Of a stretch of 39,641 nucleotides of DNA, positions 26,400 through 35,965 are shown piece by piece (positions within the stretch are counted from its first letter, which is position 1; every line of letters starts with the position of its first letter). The notes below the pieces were generated by a model. That model was not told the DNA's origin. It saw nothing but the letters and a program-made list of their open reading frames with translations, and made no database searches. Both the position numbers and the translations under genes were made by a program. Source of the DNA: a virus; the IMG/VR virus record IMGVR_UViG_3300025156_000428; one strand, 5' to 3'.

Positions 26400-28604
26400 T
26401 CAAAACAGTTTTGCCTGCTTCTTATTCTCAAATATATCAAAAATTGGCTCAAGCCTTCTCAAAATATTTACTTCTTCCATTCTCTTCCAATCTATCAAAA
26501 TTTCCATATCACTGAAGTTCATGTCTTCATTAAACACAAACACATCTGTTGGTGGAAGTCCTCGCACCCCTTTCACATAGAGCATTAACACTTTGTCACC
26601 AACTGTGAAATTTGCTCCAAGATATTTGTTTGCATACAACGCACCTCTGATGTGAGGAGCATTTGCATCATAGTCCGAGAGAGGTTTATGAATGCCCTTC
26701 GGAATAGCAATCTCTGTCATGTCTCTCTTTCTCATCTCCTCTCTCTTTGCATTCAGAAAGTCAACCAACTTCTCTCTTGAGGCACCATCATACAACACCA
26801 TTCTGAACAGCTCATCCATCATCTCACGAGTGAATAGAGAATAGTCTGTTCTGACACTCTCAAACCCTCTCACTGTCATGTAGTCACATTCACCTCCTTC
26901 ATACACAACTCTCATGGCATATCGCTTCTTCACTCCAGTAAGCAGAATTTTTCCAACATATTTTTCAAATTTCAGCTTCAGTTCAACATTCTCAACTCCA
27001 TACTTTGTCCTGAAATGTCTTGCAATTTCATTGTTTAATACTTCCTGAAACTCTGAAACTTTCTCAAATGGTATTTGCACATAAATGCTATCAGTGTCAG
27101 AAAGCACAACTCTATATCCATGATTTGATGCAATCTGCTTTGCAACTGTTATTCCCTCCCTTCCAAGTGCTGTGATTGCCTCTGCAATTTCCACTCTAAA
27201 CAAACGAAAGCCACTGAAGCCAAACACACCATAGACAGCGTTTGTCAATCCTTTTATTGCCTGCTTCCGCAGATTTAGGGAGTGATATTCCTCACTTCCA
27301 GCAGGAACTTTTTGCAATTGTCCCTCAATTTCATCTCTCATTCTGAAAAACAGTGAGAGTAAATACTGTGCAATTCCCTTCTGTTTTCTCACTTTCACTT
27401 TCTTTCTGCCTGTATCAATTTCCAGTTCTCCCCCCTCTGACAAATTCTCAGGTGAGAGAAAGAATGTATGAATAATATTGGGATAATAACGAGAGAAATC
27501 AAAGACAGCAACATTCTCAAAGATGCCCTTTCCATAGACATCCACAATTGCCCCTTCATACTTCTCCTCTTTGTTTCTGTCAGTTTTTGTGGGAAGTATC
27601 AGTCCCATTTCATGGGCAAGTCTCAGCAACTGAGTATCAATCAACACAGAATAAGAGAAACACTTTTCAATACTCTCAATTCCAACTGCTGTTTTCAATG
27701 TGAAAAAGAATTTGAATATGCTGTGCTTCTCATCAATTCTCTTCACATCTCTGACATCATCACGATTGTATTCAAGAAACTTTTGCCTGTCCTTCTCCCA
27801 CAGATGTCTGACATCTGCAAAAGTCTCTCGTTTCTCTCCAAATTCAATCTCAACAATACGCTTTAGACTGTATGAAGGTTGATGATAGAGTTTTTTGTAT
27901 GCCTCATACAAATCAAATGTCTCAAAGAAAGAGTTGTCAAAATGAATGTCATAATGTTCAAATCTCTTCAGCAAATATGGCAAGTCATATTTTATGATGT
28001 TCCACCCTGTGAGAATGTCTGGCTTCAGTCCCTCTATCATCTGAGCAAAGAATCTGAGCATTGCCTCCTCTGACTTGAATGAAAGAACTTTCCAGTTTTT
28101 CTTCCTCATCTTAATACTGTCAACTACAAGTGTGTAAATCACATCTGATTTGTTTGTTGTGAATGAAAGTGCAACAATTGGCTCTGTTGCCTTTTCTGGT
28201 TCAATGAACTTCTCTGAAATAACCTCAATATCCAAATACAACACCACAGGTTCAACATTAACTTCAGCAGGTTTAATCTCTTTCCAACTCACAGTGCCAA
28301 ATTGCGGAAATTCCAATCCTGATTTGATATTTGTGTCAATCAGAAACCTTCGCACGAATGGAATGTCTGCCTCATATGTTTTCTCATATTTTTCTCGCTC
28401 CTTTGGCACATCAGATGGATCATTCACCACAACCTTTCTTACTGCCTCTCCAAACAAGCTTCTGTGCTCTCCATTTTCAGATGGAACATAAAAATATGGA
28501 AAGAAATCATCCACAATTACCTTTCCTTTCCTTCCATCCTCAGCTCTGACCCACATTACAATCCTTCTTCCATGTCTGTGAATTGTTGCAATCACCCCTT
28601 TCAT
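26400..28604 (-). CDS. polB: Family B DNA polymerase (RNA-primed type) with 3'-5' exonuclease, 734 aa
   Basis: ExoI DIE, ExoII GWN...YD, ExoIII YN..D; motif A DFSRYYPNI, B K.LTNAVYG, C SDTDS; C-terminal PIP-like QAKLF. Confidence 0.95.
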   Translation of the reverse strand: MKGVIATIHRHGRRIVMWVRAEDGRKGKVIVDDFFPYFYVPSENGEHRSLFGEAVRKVVVNDPSDVPKEREKYEKTYEADIPFVRRFLIDTNIKSGLEFPQFGTVSWKEIKPAEVNVEPVVLYLDIEVISEKFIEPEKATEPIVALSFTTNKSDVIYTLVVDSIKMRKKNWKVLSFKSEEAMLRFFAQMIEGLKPDILTGWNIIKYDLPYLLKRFEHYDIHFDNSFFETFDLYEAYKKLYHQPSYSLKRIVEIEFGEKRETFADVRHLWEKDRQKFLEYNRDDVRDVKRIDEKHSIFKFFFTLKTAVGIESIEKCFSYSVLIDTQLLRLAHEMGLILPTKTDRNKEEKYEGAIVDVYGKGIFENVAVFDFSRYYPNIIHTFFLSPENLSEGGELEIDTGRKKVKVRKQKGIAQYLLSLFFRMRDEIEGQLQKVPAGSEEYHSLNLRKQAIKGLTNAVYGVFGFSGFRLFRVEIAEAITALGREGITVAKQIASNHGYRVVLSDTDSIYVQIPFEKVSEFQEVLNNEIARHFRTKYGVENVELKLKFEKYVGKILLTGVKKRYAMRVVYEGGECDYMTVRGFESVRTDYSLFTREMMDELFRMVLYDGASREKLVDFLNAKREEMRKRDMTEIAIPKGIHKPLSDYDANAPHIRGALYANKYLGANFTVGDKVLMLYVKGVRGLPPTDVFVFNEDMNFSDMEILIDWKRMEEVNILRRLEPIFDIFENKKQAKLF

Positions 28605-28610
28605 CTTGCA

Positions 28611-29597
28611 TCACCTCCACAAATAACCATTTCCACACCTTTTGCATCTCACATATTTTCTCAGTTTTGAGCAAGAAAGAGGGAAATATTTGTGTTGAAA
28701 AATATGATGAATCTGATAACGAGTTCTCTCAATATCAAAATCATCCCAGAATGAAAAATAGCGTGTGAAAATCCTCACCACATCCTCCTCACTGAATCCA
28801 GCTATCATCAACTCAGAAACAAAATCCACTCTCAGCAAATGTGATGGCTCTGGATCTGAGAGAAGTTTTTCAATAACACATTCTCGCACAAACTCTCTTA
28901 TTATGTCTATATCCACCTCCCCAACTTCATCTGTATACACAGAAAATTTCCTCTGCTGCTCTTGTTGATGTGATATTTGCACTTCATCAGCAATGTCAAT
29001 TACAGTCCTTTCATCCCTCACAATCTCATCAATATCTCTGAGTGTCCTTGACATTCTCATAATGCCAAGCATATCATATCTTGCAAGTTCCTCTTGTGTG
29101 AGAGGAATTGCATAGTGCCGTAACGAATGAAGTGTGTTTGGAACACGGAGCATTCCACGCACATTTCCGTGAAAGTGGGGATCCACAAACTCAACATCTT
29201 TTGTAAGCTCCAGACATAACAACCTTGTGATACATTTTGCAAATGCCTCACTTAGCTGTTTTGGTGAGAAGAAGACATAAACATGAAATCCTTTCCTTCC
29301 ACTGAACACAATAACAGGTTGCAAATCCAAATTGTTGAGTATTGAGCAAAGTTTTACTGCAACTTTCTTTGCTGTGAAAAGAGATGGAGCATCAATGTCA
29401 AATGCTATTCTGTCAACAGTCACAGTTTCATTGTCAACCGCATAAATCCCTGCATATACTTCTCTCTGCTCCTTTCTTCTCCTTTCAATTTCATCAAAAA
29501 ATTCTGTTGATGTGTATGTCCTTCTCTGAAAGAACTGAGAGTGTGGAACACCAAGTTCTCGTGGAAAAAATGGATAAAAGAGGAAATCACTGTGCAT
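28611..29597 (-). CDS. priS: Archaeo-eukaryotic primase catalytic subunit with C-terminal PriL/PriX-like extension, 328 aa
   Basis: FDIDA, FSGRKGFHVY, RGMLRVPNT motifs; Cys-containing helical C-terminal domain. Confidence 0.85.
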   Translation of the reverse strand: MHSDFLFYPFFPRELGVPHSQFFQRRTYTSTEFFDEIERRRKEQREVYAGIYAVDNETVTVDRIAFDIDAPSLFTAKKVAVKLCSILNNLDLQPVIVFSGRKGFHVYVFFSPKQLSEAFAKCITRLLCLELTKDVEFVDPHFHGNVRGMLRVPNTLHSLRHYAIPLTQEELARYDMLGIMRMSRTLRDIDEIVRDERTVIDIADEVQISHQQEQQRKFSVYTDEVGEVDIDIIREFVRECVIEKLLSDPEPSHLLRVDFVSELMIAGFSEEDVVRIFTRYFSFWDDFDIERTRYQIHHIFQHKYFPLSCSKLRKYVRCKRCGNGYLWR

Positions 29598-29611
29598 TCT
29601 GAATCACCTCT

Positions 29612-30643
29612 TCAGAGCATTGATGGAAGCACTACCTTTGATTTGTCCTGCAATATTGTGAAGAAGTCTGACTTGAAAACATCTGTCACATCAATTATTG
29701 CATCATTAGGAATAATGTTGTCATATTTTGAGGTCAGAACTTCCACCAAGTATCTCCTCTCTTTCCTCTCAACTTTCAATGCAATATCTGTTTCATATTT
29801 CACTGCATCAACCCATGCTGGCTCCTTCCTCTTCTGTCTGACCTCCCCATTCACAATTTCTTCCTTCTCAGTCAGATATACAGTGTAAATCACACCTTTT
29901 CTTGCAATATGATATGTAAGATTGAAAATGTTGCGGATATACCAATTGCGCTCTCCCCAGATCTTGAAGAAAATGTCTTTCTGTGGCGTGTCAAATGCCT
30001 GAAGTTTGTTGTGATATCGTGCAGTGTATTCTGCAATTCTTGAAAAGTTTTCAAAATTGTCAAGAACGATCCAGTCAATTTTCCTTCCTTGAAATTCTGA
30101 ATTGTTCTGAAGGATGTGCTCAAGCAATTTCACAATGCAATCATAGAACTTTGCAGATGCCTCTGTGATTTGGTCAAATACAACTGCATTTGCAAGATAT
30201 TTGAGGCAGGAAGCAATGATTATATTGTTGTCATTGTTATAGAGTGTTTTCTTCACAACAAAAGATTTTGTGTCAAATGGAATGCACAGCTTTACTCCAT
30301 CAAAGCTGAATGCAAGTGTTGTCTTTCCACTACCTTTTTCTCCTGCAATCAGAAACACAAGCTTTTGTGTGTCCTCATCCAGCTCAATATCATAACCTGC
30401 AATGTTCACCTTTTGTGCCTCCTTTATCACTCCTTTTTTCACAGTTTCTTCTATCACCTCTTTCACTCTCTCCTGTTGCAACAGCTCCTTTTCTGTGTCT
30501 GAGCTTTCTGTTGGTTGAATCTGTGAAACAGAGGGAGAAGGTTGCGGCAAATCCTCTACTGGCTCCTCCTCTCCTTTCTTTTCTTCTTTCTCCTTCTCAC
30601 CAAGCAGATCCTTAATCATCTCATCCAAATCTGCCATTCTCAC
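29612..30643 (-). CDS. AAA_24/Sak4-like (RecA-fold) ATPase, putative recombinase, 343 aa
   Basis: Walker A GEKGSGKT, Walker B WIVLD; acidic disordered N-terminus; next to the SSB-like gene. Confidence 0.65.
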   Translation of the reverse strand: MRMADLDEMIKDLLGEKEKEEKKGEEEPVEDLPQPSPSVSQIQPTESSDTEKELLQQERVKEVIEETVKKGVIKEAQKVNIAGYDIELDEDTQKLVFLIAGEKGSGKTTLAFSFDGVKLCIPFDTKSFVVKKTLYNNDNNIIIASCLKYLANAVVFDQITEASAKFYDCIVKLLEHILQNNSEFQGRKIDWIVLDNFENFSRIAEYTARYHNKLQAFDTPQKDIFFKIWGERNWYIRNIFNLTYHIARKGVIYTVYLTEKEEIVNGEVRQKRKEPAWVDAVKYETDIALKVERKERRYLVEVLTSKYDNIIPNDAIIDVTDVFKSDFFTILQDKSKVVLPSML

Positions 30644-30654
30644 ATTTCACCTCC

Positions 30655-31500
30655 TCACTCAATCATCCACATGTTACAGGCATTTGCAAACAACTTACCA
30701 TCATTTCCTCGTTGAATTGTGCCTAAAAATTTGCAAATATCTCCCTCATTTACAATATCAAATCGCTGATGAAGCCAAACTGTCATTCGTGATGAGAGAA
30801 CAACAGAGTTTCCTTCTTCATCTTGATATAGTTCCTCTCCCACTGGCAGTGTTTCGTCACTCACCTCAACAAGAAGATAGGAATTTCCTTTTCTACTTAC
30901 TCCTTTTCTTTTTCTCTCAACAATTGCTGTGAACAGAATCAATTTTCTCACTGGATCTGGAATCTGTCCCCTATCACTATCACATCGTTTCTCTCTGCTC
31001 ACTGCCTCACTAAGTCCATTCAGCTCCACAACATTCCAGAATTTCTGAATGAAAGAAATTTCATCTGCTATGTTTGTTGTCTTCAGAAATTCAGCAGATG
31101 TATAAATTTGCATCCTCCCATTATCTCTGTATGAGACAGAATAAACACTGAAAAACTCAATATCATCAATGAATTTTTGATATTTCTGTGGAACTGTCAG
31201 CACAAATGGCTTAACACTTGCCTTATCATTACCTTCCAATGCAAATCCAACAACATCCGTGCCGTATCCTCGTTCCACAAACACTCCAATTGGGATGAAT
31301 GAAATTGTTGTGCTCACTCTCAGTTTCATCAATTCCTGTCGTGTAAAGAGTAGGGCGATTTTCTCTCTTTGTCCAGCAGCATATTTCATAACTCTCTCAT
31401 CTTGCATATATCTGTTGAATATCTCTCTTACCTTCTCAACATCTGCATTAAGCTGTGCTGCCAATCCTTCCAATCTTTTCTCAATATCCATTTTATTCAC
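30655..31500 (-). CDS. Putative OB-fold single-stranded DNA-binding protein, 281 aa
   Basis: Helical N-domain then beta-rich segments (KGVSRKGNSYLLVEVSDET...MTVW...GDICKFLGTI); replication context. Confidence 0.55.
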   Translation of the reverse strand: MNKMDIEKRLEGLAAQLNADVEKVREIFNRYMQDERVMKYAAGQREKIALLFTRQELMKLRVSTTISFIPIGVFVERGYGTDVVGFALEGNDKASVKPFVLTVPQKYQKFIDDIEFFSVYSVSYRDNGRMQIYTSAEFLKTTNIADEISFIQKFWNVVELNGLSEAVSREKRCDSDRGQIPDPVRKLILFTAIVERKRKGVSRKGNSYLLVEVSDETLPVGEELYQDEEGNSVVLSSRMTVWLHQRFDIVNEGDICKFLGTIQRGNDGKLFANACNMWMIE

Positions 31501-32186
31501 CCCCTCCTGATCCTCATACCATTCAATACTCTCAGATCTTTTTTCATATCATCACAAACTTTCAAAGCAAAAACAAAAGCAAGAGCATGAAATCCTTGCA
31601 AATGCTGAGCTGAAACATCCAATAATTTCTCTGCAACTTCATTTGAATAACCAAGCCTGCTGAAATCTCCAGAGGTCAATGCCTTCTCAAATTCTTCTTC
31701 CTCACTCATATCAAAGTATCCATCACTCATTCCTTTTCTGATTAGTTCTGCTTGTCTGAAATCTTTGACTGGAACAAAATTAACATCTGCAAATTCTGGC
31801 TCACTGACATATATCACCTTTGCAACTCCCTTTATACACTCCATTCTTCGTGATAATTCATTTGCAGTGAGAACAACTGGAACCTTTATTTGTGATTTGA
31901 GAGTATTGCACAGCTCCTTTATGTGAGCAAATCCATCCACCTCATCCAATAACAGAATTGTTGGTGTCAGTGTTCCATTCTGTAACTGCACCTTTATCAG
32001 CTGAACAATACTTGTATCACGACAGAGTGATGAATTAATCTCACTCACCTCCATGTCCAACTCATGAGCCACATCATACACCAGAGATGTCTTTCCCACT
32101 CCTGACTTCCCATAAAGCAGAACTGGTTCCTTTGCTTTGACAGCTCTCTTCACCTCTTCTCGCACTTCCTCAATTCTCATCTCCAC
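31497..32186 (-). CDS. Replication factor C large-subunit-like AAA+ ATPase (short), 229 aa
   Basis: LLYGKSGVGKT, EINSS, LLDEVD, LTAN, DFRQA motifs. Confidence 0.7.
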   Translation of the reverse strand: MEMRIEEVREEVKRAVKAKEPVLLYGKSGVGKTSLVYDVAHELDMEVSEINSSLCRDTSIVQLIKVQLQNGTLTPTILLLDEVDGFAHIKELCNTLKSQIKVPVVLTANELSRRMECIKGVAKVIYVSEPEFADVNFVPVKDFRQAELIRKGMSDGYFDMSEEEEFEKALTSGDFSRLGYSNEVAEKLLDVSAQHLQGFHALAFVFALKVCDDMKKDLRVLNGMRIRRG

Positions 32187-32857
32187 ACCTCCTCAAAACA
32201 CTTCCAATACCTCTGCTGAAGGCAATACACTGAGAATTCACACTCACTACATACCTTTTCATCCTCATTCCTCTCAAATTCTCCTCTCAGAATCTTTTTC
32301 ACAATCTCTTGAAGTCTCCTCTCTGCATCCTCTGTTTCAATGACAAGTTCACGACCACTGCCAAGTAAAAGGAAAATCACTGTGTCAGCATTTGCTATAT
32401 GCTTATAAATTGCTCCCTGCACTTCATAGTTTTTGTTGAAGTATGATGAGACTTTCCAGTCAACCACAATTCTCTTCTCTTCCTCGTCAGAAAACACTGC
32501 ATCACAGATACCTATGAAATATTGTGTTTTGTGCTCTTGCTCTACCTCAACAATTCTCCAATTTCTCTGAATTCTTCTCTCCTCAAATCTCAGAAAGTTC
32601 TTGAAATATCGCTCATGTTCATTTGCTCCTGTGATTTGCATCAATACCTGAAACGGCTCTTTCCTTCTGTTGAGAACAGTATCATCTTCAAGCAATTTCT
32701 GATAATACCTTGCAATAACCTCATGAATGAACTCTCCTCGCTTGATATGTGATGGCAAAACTATCTCAATTTTTGGTGCTCTCTGTTTCTTCAGCAGAAA
32801 TGAATGTGGGCATTTCAAATATCTGTAAATATCACTAAACGAAAGAGGAAAGAACAT
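32177..32857 (-). CDS. Cas4-like PD-(D/E)xK exonuclease with Fe-S cysteines, 226 aa
   Basis: YLKCP, G..IH, GICD, VDWK, Q..IY, C-terminal CxxC-x5-C. Confidence 0.85.
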   Translation of the reverse strand: MFFPLSFSDIYRYLKCPHSFLLKKQRAPKIEIVLPSHIKRGEFIHEVIARYYQKLLEDDTVLNRRKEPFQVLMQITGANEHERYFKNFLRFEERRIQRNWRIVEVEQEHKTQYFIGICDAVFSDEEEKRIVVDWKVSSYFNKNYEVQGAIYKHIANADTVIFLLLGSGRELVIETEDAERRLQEIVKKILRGEFERNEDEKVCSECEFSVYCLQQRYWKCFEEVWR

Positions 32858-32863
32858 CTCATC

Positions 32864-33799
32864 TCACCTTCTTGAGTGAAGCACTCTGATGGTGTCAGCA
32901 ACAAACGCAGAGAGTTGAACAAGTGGGTTGCACTCTTCATTGATTCCCTGTTCTGCATATGCAAGTGATTTGTAAATCAGCAACTTTGAGAAAGGTGAGA
33001 TTTCCAGCTCCTCAATTTCATCAAACAGAACCTCAACAACCTTTCTGCCATCTGCCTGATGTGTGTAAAACAGCGATTTAAGCGTGAAATATGCCTTCTG
33101 CCAATTTCCATCAACGCAGGCATTTAACACCTCTTTTGCAAGTGATACTCTTGTGGCTTCCTCTGCTATGTATGAGACAAATGCTTCATAGTCCATTTTC
33201 TTCAACATTTCAACATAGTTCAATGCACTCCTCGCATCTCCCTTTGCCACCTTTGCAATTAACTGCACAATTCTCTCGTCATTTCTCACCTTCTCATTCT
33301 TCATAACATCTCTCACAATTTCTGCAATTGCATCGTCTTTCAGCACTGAAAAACGGAGGACTGCAAAGCGTGATTTGATTGCTGTAATAATTTTGTGCTC
33401 ATAGTTTGCTGTCATTATGATGCGAGTTGGCATATTCTTCTGAATTGCAATTTCACTCAACCGTCTCAATGCAAATTGTGCGTCTTTGGTCATTTGGTCT
33501 GCTTCATCCAACAACAGAATTTTTGGTGATGCAGAGAACAGAATTGTCTTAATCTTCTCACGCACAGTATCAATTCCCCGCTCATCGCTTGAATTCATCT
33601 CAACAACATCAACATCAAGATGATTTGCAAATGCATATGCTGTTGCTGTCTTTCCCACTCCACTTCTTCCCACAAACAAGAAATGTGGAGATGACTGTAT
33701 TGATGAAATTGATTTCAACAGTCTGACAATTCTGTCCTGTCCTTTGATTTCATCCAAACTTGATGGACGATACTTTGTAAGAAGTGTGTAATTATCCAT
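32864..33799 (-). CDS. rfcS: Replication factor C small subunit (clamp loader), 311 aa
   Basis: KYRP..LDEIKGQ, GRSGVGKT, NSSDERGID.VREKIK, LDEADQMT.DAQ.ALRR, SRF sensor, GDARSALN. Confidence 0.92.
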   Translation of the reverse strand: MDNYTLLTKYRPSSLDEIKGQDRIVRLLKSISSIQSSPHFLFVGRSGVGKTATAYAFANHLDVDVVEMNSSDERGIDTVREKIKTILFSASPKILLLDEADQMTKDAQFALRRLSEIAIQKNMPTRIIMTANYEHKIITAIKSRFAVLRFSVLKDDAIAEIVRDVMKNEKVRNDERIVQLIAKVAKGDARSALNYVEMLKKMDYEAFVSYIAEEATRVSLAKEVLNACVDGNWQKAYFTLKSLFYTHQADGRKVVEVLFDEIEELEISPFSKLLIYKSLAYAEQGINEECNPLVQLSAFVADTIRVLHSRR

Positions 33800-33800
33800 C

Positions 33801-34154
33801 CTATTTCACCTTCCTTCTGTGTAGAATAACCCCAACCTCAATTGCACTTCCATTCAGTTGTCTCACAGTTGTATTTGATATTTCTGCTATCCTCTGAACA
33901 AGCACTGCATATACACACCAAAACATCTTTGAAATTCTGTCTCCTCCAACTGCACTGATAAAGACATCCTCATCATGCTCCAATACATGAAGTGTGGCAG
34001 CTATGTATGCTGATCGGGGTTTCTTTGCAACTTTTATCCATTCTATCTCCTTCTTTGCAGAACAATTTGGACAGATAAATGTGACATGTCCAAATTTGTT
34101 ATCATATCTTACATTCATTTCAACAGAGCAAATCTCACACTTCACCTCAATCAC
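33801..34154 (-). CDS. Zinc ribbon fused to an Alba-like chromatin domain, 117 aa
   Basis: CEIC..CPNC followed by IKVAKKPRSAYIAATLHVL..EDVFISAVGG.RISK, matching the Alba consensus I.IGKKP..NYV.A.......EI.IKARG.AISK. Confidence 0.7.
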   Translation of the reverse strand: MIEVKCEICSVEMNVRYDNKFGHVTFICPNCSAKKEIEWIKVAKKPRSAYIAATLHVLEHDEDVFISAVGGDRISKMFWCVYAVLVQRIAEISNTTVRQLNGSAIEVGVILHRRKVK

Positions 34155-34749
34155 CTCCTATTCTCATTTGTTTTTGCTTCTGTTCCTTATATGCAGCAAT
34201 TACAACAACACCTCTCTTTCTCAACCTCTTTACCCAATCTTTGTTCAAGTCCTCAACCTTCACCAACACCTCAACCCTTCTCACAATGAAAGCATAGAAA
34301 ATCGCTGGCTCTTTGTTTTTCCATGCTTTTCTATGTGCCAGCAAAACCTTTGTTCTGCCAATTTCCAGATTTTTTGGAAGAGATGGAACAAGCTTTGAAA
34401 TTCCAAGCTTTTCTGCCTCACGAACAAAAGATTGAGGTGAGTAAAATCGCTCTCCTACCCACATCAAGCCATACATCTCTCCTTGTTTTGGATGACATAT
34501 ATAACAATACTCATCACACTCACATTCATTGTGATCTCCTGCATATCCTTTCCAATCTATCCACTGAAATCCTCTGTGAAATTTAATGCCTCCTCCGCAA
34601 ACAGGGCATGTTATGAGTTTGAATGGCAATCTGTCACAGGGAGCTGAAATTCCATCTCCACACAAGTAATAGAAAACCTTGTTCTCTGATGATATCTTCC
34701 TATATCCACATCCTCGTCTTTCTTCTCCATAGTAAACCTCAACACCCAT
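34147..34749 (-). CDS. Cys-rich hypothetical protein, ~200 aa
   Basis: RGCGYR..CDRLP..CPVC..CYICHP..WVGERFYSP; likely ATG 34749. Confidence 0.7.
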   Translation of the reverse strand: MGVEVYYGEERRGCGYRKISSENKVFYYLCGDGISAPCDRLPFKLITCPVCGGGIKFHRGFQWIDWKGYAGDHNECECDEYCYICHPKQGEMYGLMWVGERFYSPQSFVREAEKLGISKLVPSLPKNLEIGRTKVLLAHRKAWKNKEPAIFYAFIVRRVEVLVKVEDLNKDWVKRLRKRGVVVIAAYKEQKQKQMRIGGD

Positions 34750-34789
34750 AATCATCACCAGAAGGAAAAAATAAGAAAAAGAACACAAA

Positions 34790-35161
34790 TTATTCTTCCT
34801 CTATTTCACTGATGTATCTCTGCAAATCACTTGGTGACAAAATCACAAGGAGATCATCGCCATCTCGTCTTGCTTTGAGTCCAAGCTGCTGTCTCACAGC
34901 ACGTGAAATGCGCTGAGCTGTCATTTTGTATGATGGAAGTTTGCCACTTTTTGATCTCTCAGCAATCTCAGTTACTGTCTTCTTCTTGAAGCGTAATCTC
35001 ACACATGCCCGCTTGGATGTTGATGCTGCTATCTTGCGTGCTGTATCAATGTTCTTTTTGATTGACTCTTTTATCTTCTTTTCAACAATGTCGGAAATGA
35101 TATCATAATTCCACTTGCCAAGTTCTCCTCCTGTTGTGACGGGCTCAAAAATTACTTCCAT
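34790..35161 (-). CDS. Basic hypothetical protein, possible DNA-binding, 123 aa
   Basis: GGAGGTGA RBS; ORF track. Confidence 0.65.
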   Translation of the reverse strand: MEVIFEPVTTGGELGKWNYDIISDIVEKKIKESIKKNIDTARKIAASTSKRACVRLRFKKKTVTEIAERSKSGKLPSYKMTAQRISRAVRQQLGLKARRDGDDLLVILSPSDLQRYISEIEEE

Positions 35162-35412
35162 TTCTCATCACCTCCATTGCAATACATAACAATCTCATCA
35201 TATATATCTTTTATGTGATGACAGGCTTCTTCAACAGTCCAGTCTATGATTATGCTTCCCCTGACAACTCTCCTCTCTCTGACAAAGAGAGAAACCTCAT
35301 GACAGAACGGGCAAGAGGCAACATAGCAGTCAACGCAACCATTACTTGCTACATGCTCAAGTGGAGTATATCTTACTTCCATCTTACTCACCTTCTCCAT
35401 TGTCATAACCAC
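35152..35412 (-). CDS. Zinc-binding hypothetical protein, 86 aa
   Basis: CVDC, CPFCH, CHH. Confidence 0.6.
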   Translation of the reverse strand: MVMTMEKVSKMEVRYTPLEHVASNGCVDCYVASCPFCHEVSLFVRERRVVRGSIIIDWTVEEACHHIKDIYDEIVMYCNGGDEKWK

Positions 35413-35554
35413 AGAAAGGACAGATCGCTGTAATTACAAATCCTCCACCAACTCTCCACTCTGGACTTGCTTTGGCTCCACAGATACAGTCCCACTCACA
35501 GAGGACAAATTCATGACCACATTGGCAACATACTATATGTGGTGCATCACACAT
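35384..35554 (-). CDS. Cys-rich zinc-finger protein, ~56 aa
   Basis: GGAGGTG RBS before ATG 35554; CCQC, CIC, CPFC. Confidence 0.6.
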   Translation of the reverse strand: MCDAPHIVCCQCGHEFVLCEWDCICGAKASPEWRVGGGFVITAICPFCGYDNGEGE

Positions 35555-35631
35555 CCAAACCACCTCCCATCTTTTGGGGTGAGAACTTATCGCTCTCACC
35601 CTTTCAAAAGATAGAGGAGAGGAAGAAAAAA

Positions 35632-35832
35632 TCACAATGTGCATTTTCCAAATTTGTAGAATGGACAATCTCCACAGTCAATTGGATTTGGCTTTCTCAA
35701 TGGATTTGGGATGTAATCTCTGCATGTCAGACATGGTGATTCTGAGGGGAAGATCCATGTTTCGTGAGGATTGAGGGCACAGTAATATCCTCGCCAATCA
35801 CAGCATAATCGGCAACAGGGGATTAATCCCAT
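35632..35832 (-). CDS. Cys-rich metal-binding protein, 66 aa
   Basis: CCRLCC..C..CLTC..CGDC..C; GGTGA RBS. Confidence 0.6.
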   Translation of the reverse strand: MGLIPCCRLCCDWRGYYCALNPHETWIFPSESPCLTCRDYIPNPLRKPNPIDCGDCPFYKFGKCTL

Positions 35833-35833
35833 C

Positions 35834-35965
35834 TCATCTCACCATACTGAGTTGTCTGTCAATTTCTCTCAGTTGTGTTCTGAGGTGTTCACGGTATTCT
35901 GGTGAGAGCCATGTATAGGAGAGTGCTTTCAGATATTTTTCTCTCAGAAAGATGAGCTCATTCAT
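35834..35965 (-). CDS. Small helical protein, 43 aa (absent from ORF track)
   Basis: Hand translation MNELIFLREKYLKALSYTWLSPEYREHLRTQLREIDRQLSMVR; fills the gap and has a GAGGTGA RBS. Confidence 0.6.
   Translation of the reverse strand: MNELIFLREKYLKALSYTWLSPEYREHLRTQLREIDRQLSMVR

Noticed and set aside
26400-28604. Protein-primed polymerase with a linear ITR genome, or inteins
   Set aside because: No TPR-type insertions; primase and PCNA are present; the window ends are not inverted repeats; PolB, NrdD and RFC lengths leave no room for inteins.
32177-32857. CRISPR-Cas adaptation gene
   Set aside because: Solo Cas4-like nuclease with no cas1/cas2 or array; such nucleases are common in archaeal virus replication modules.
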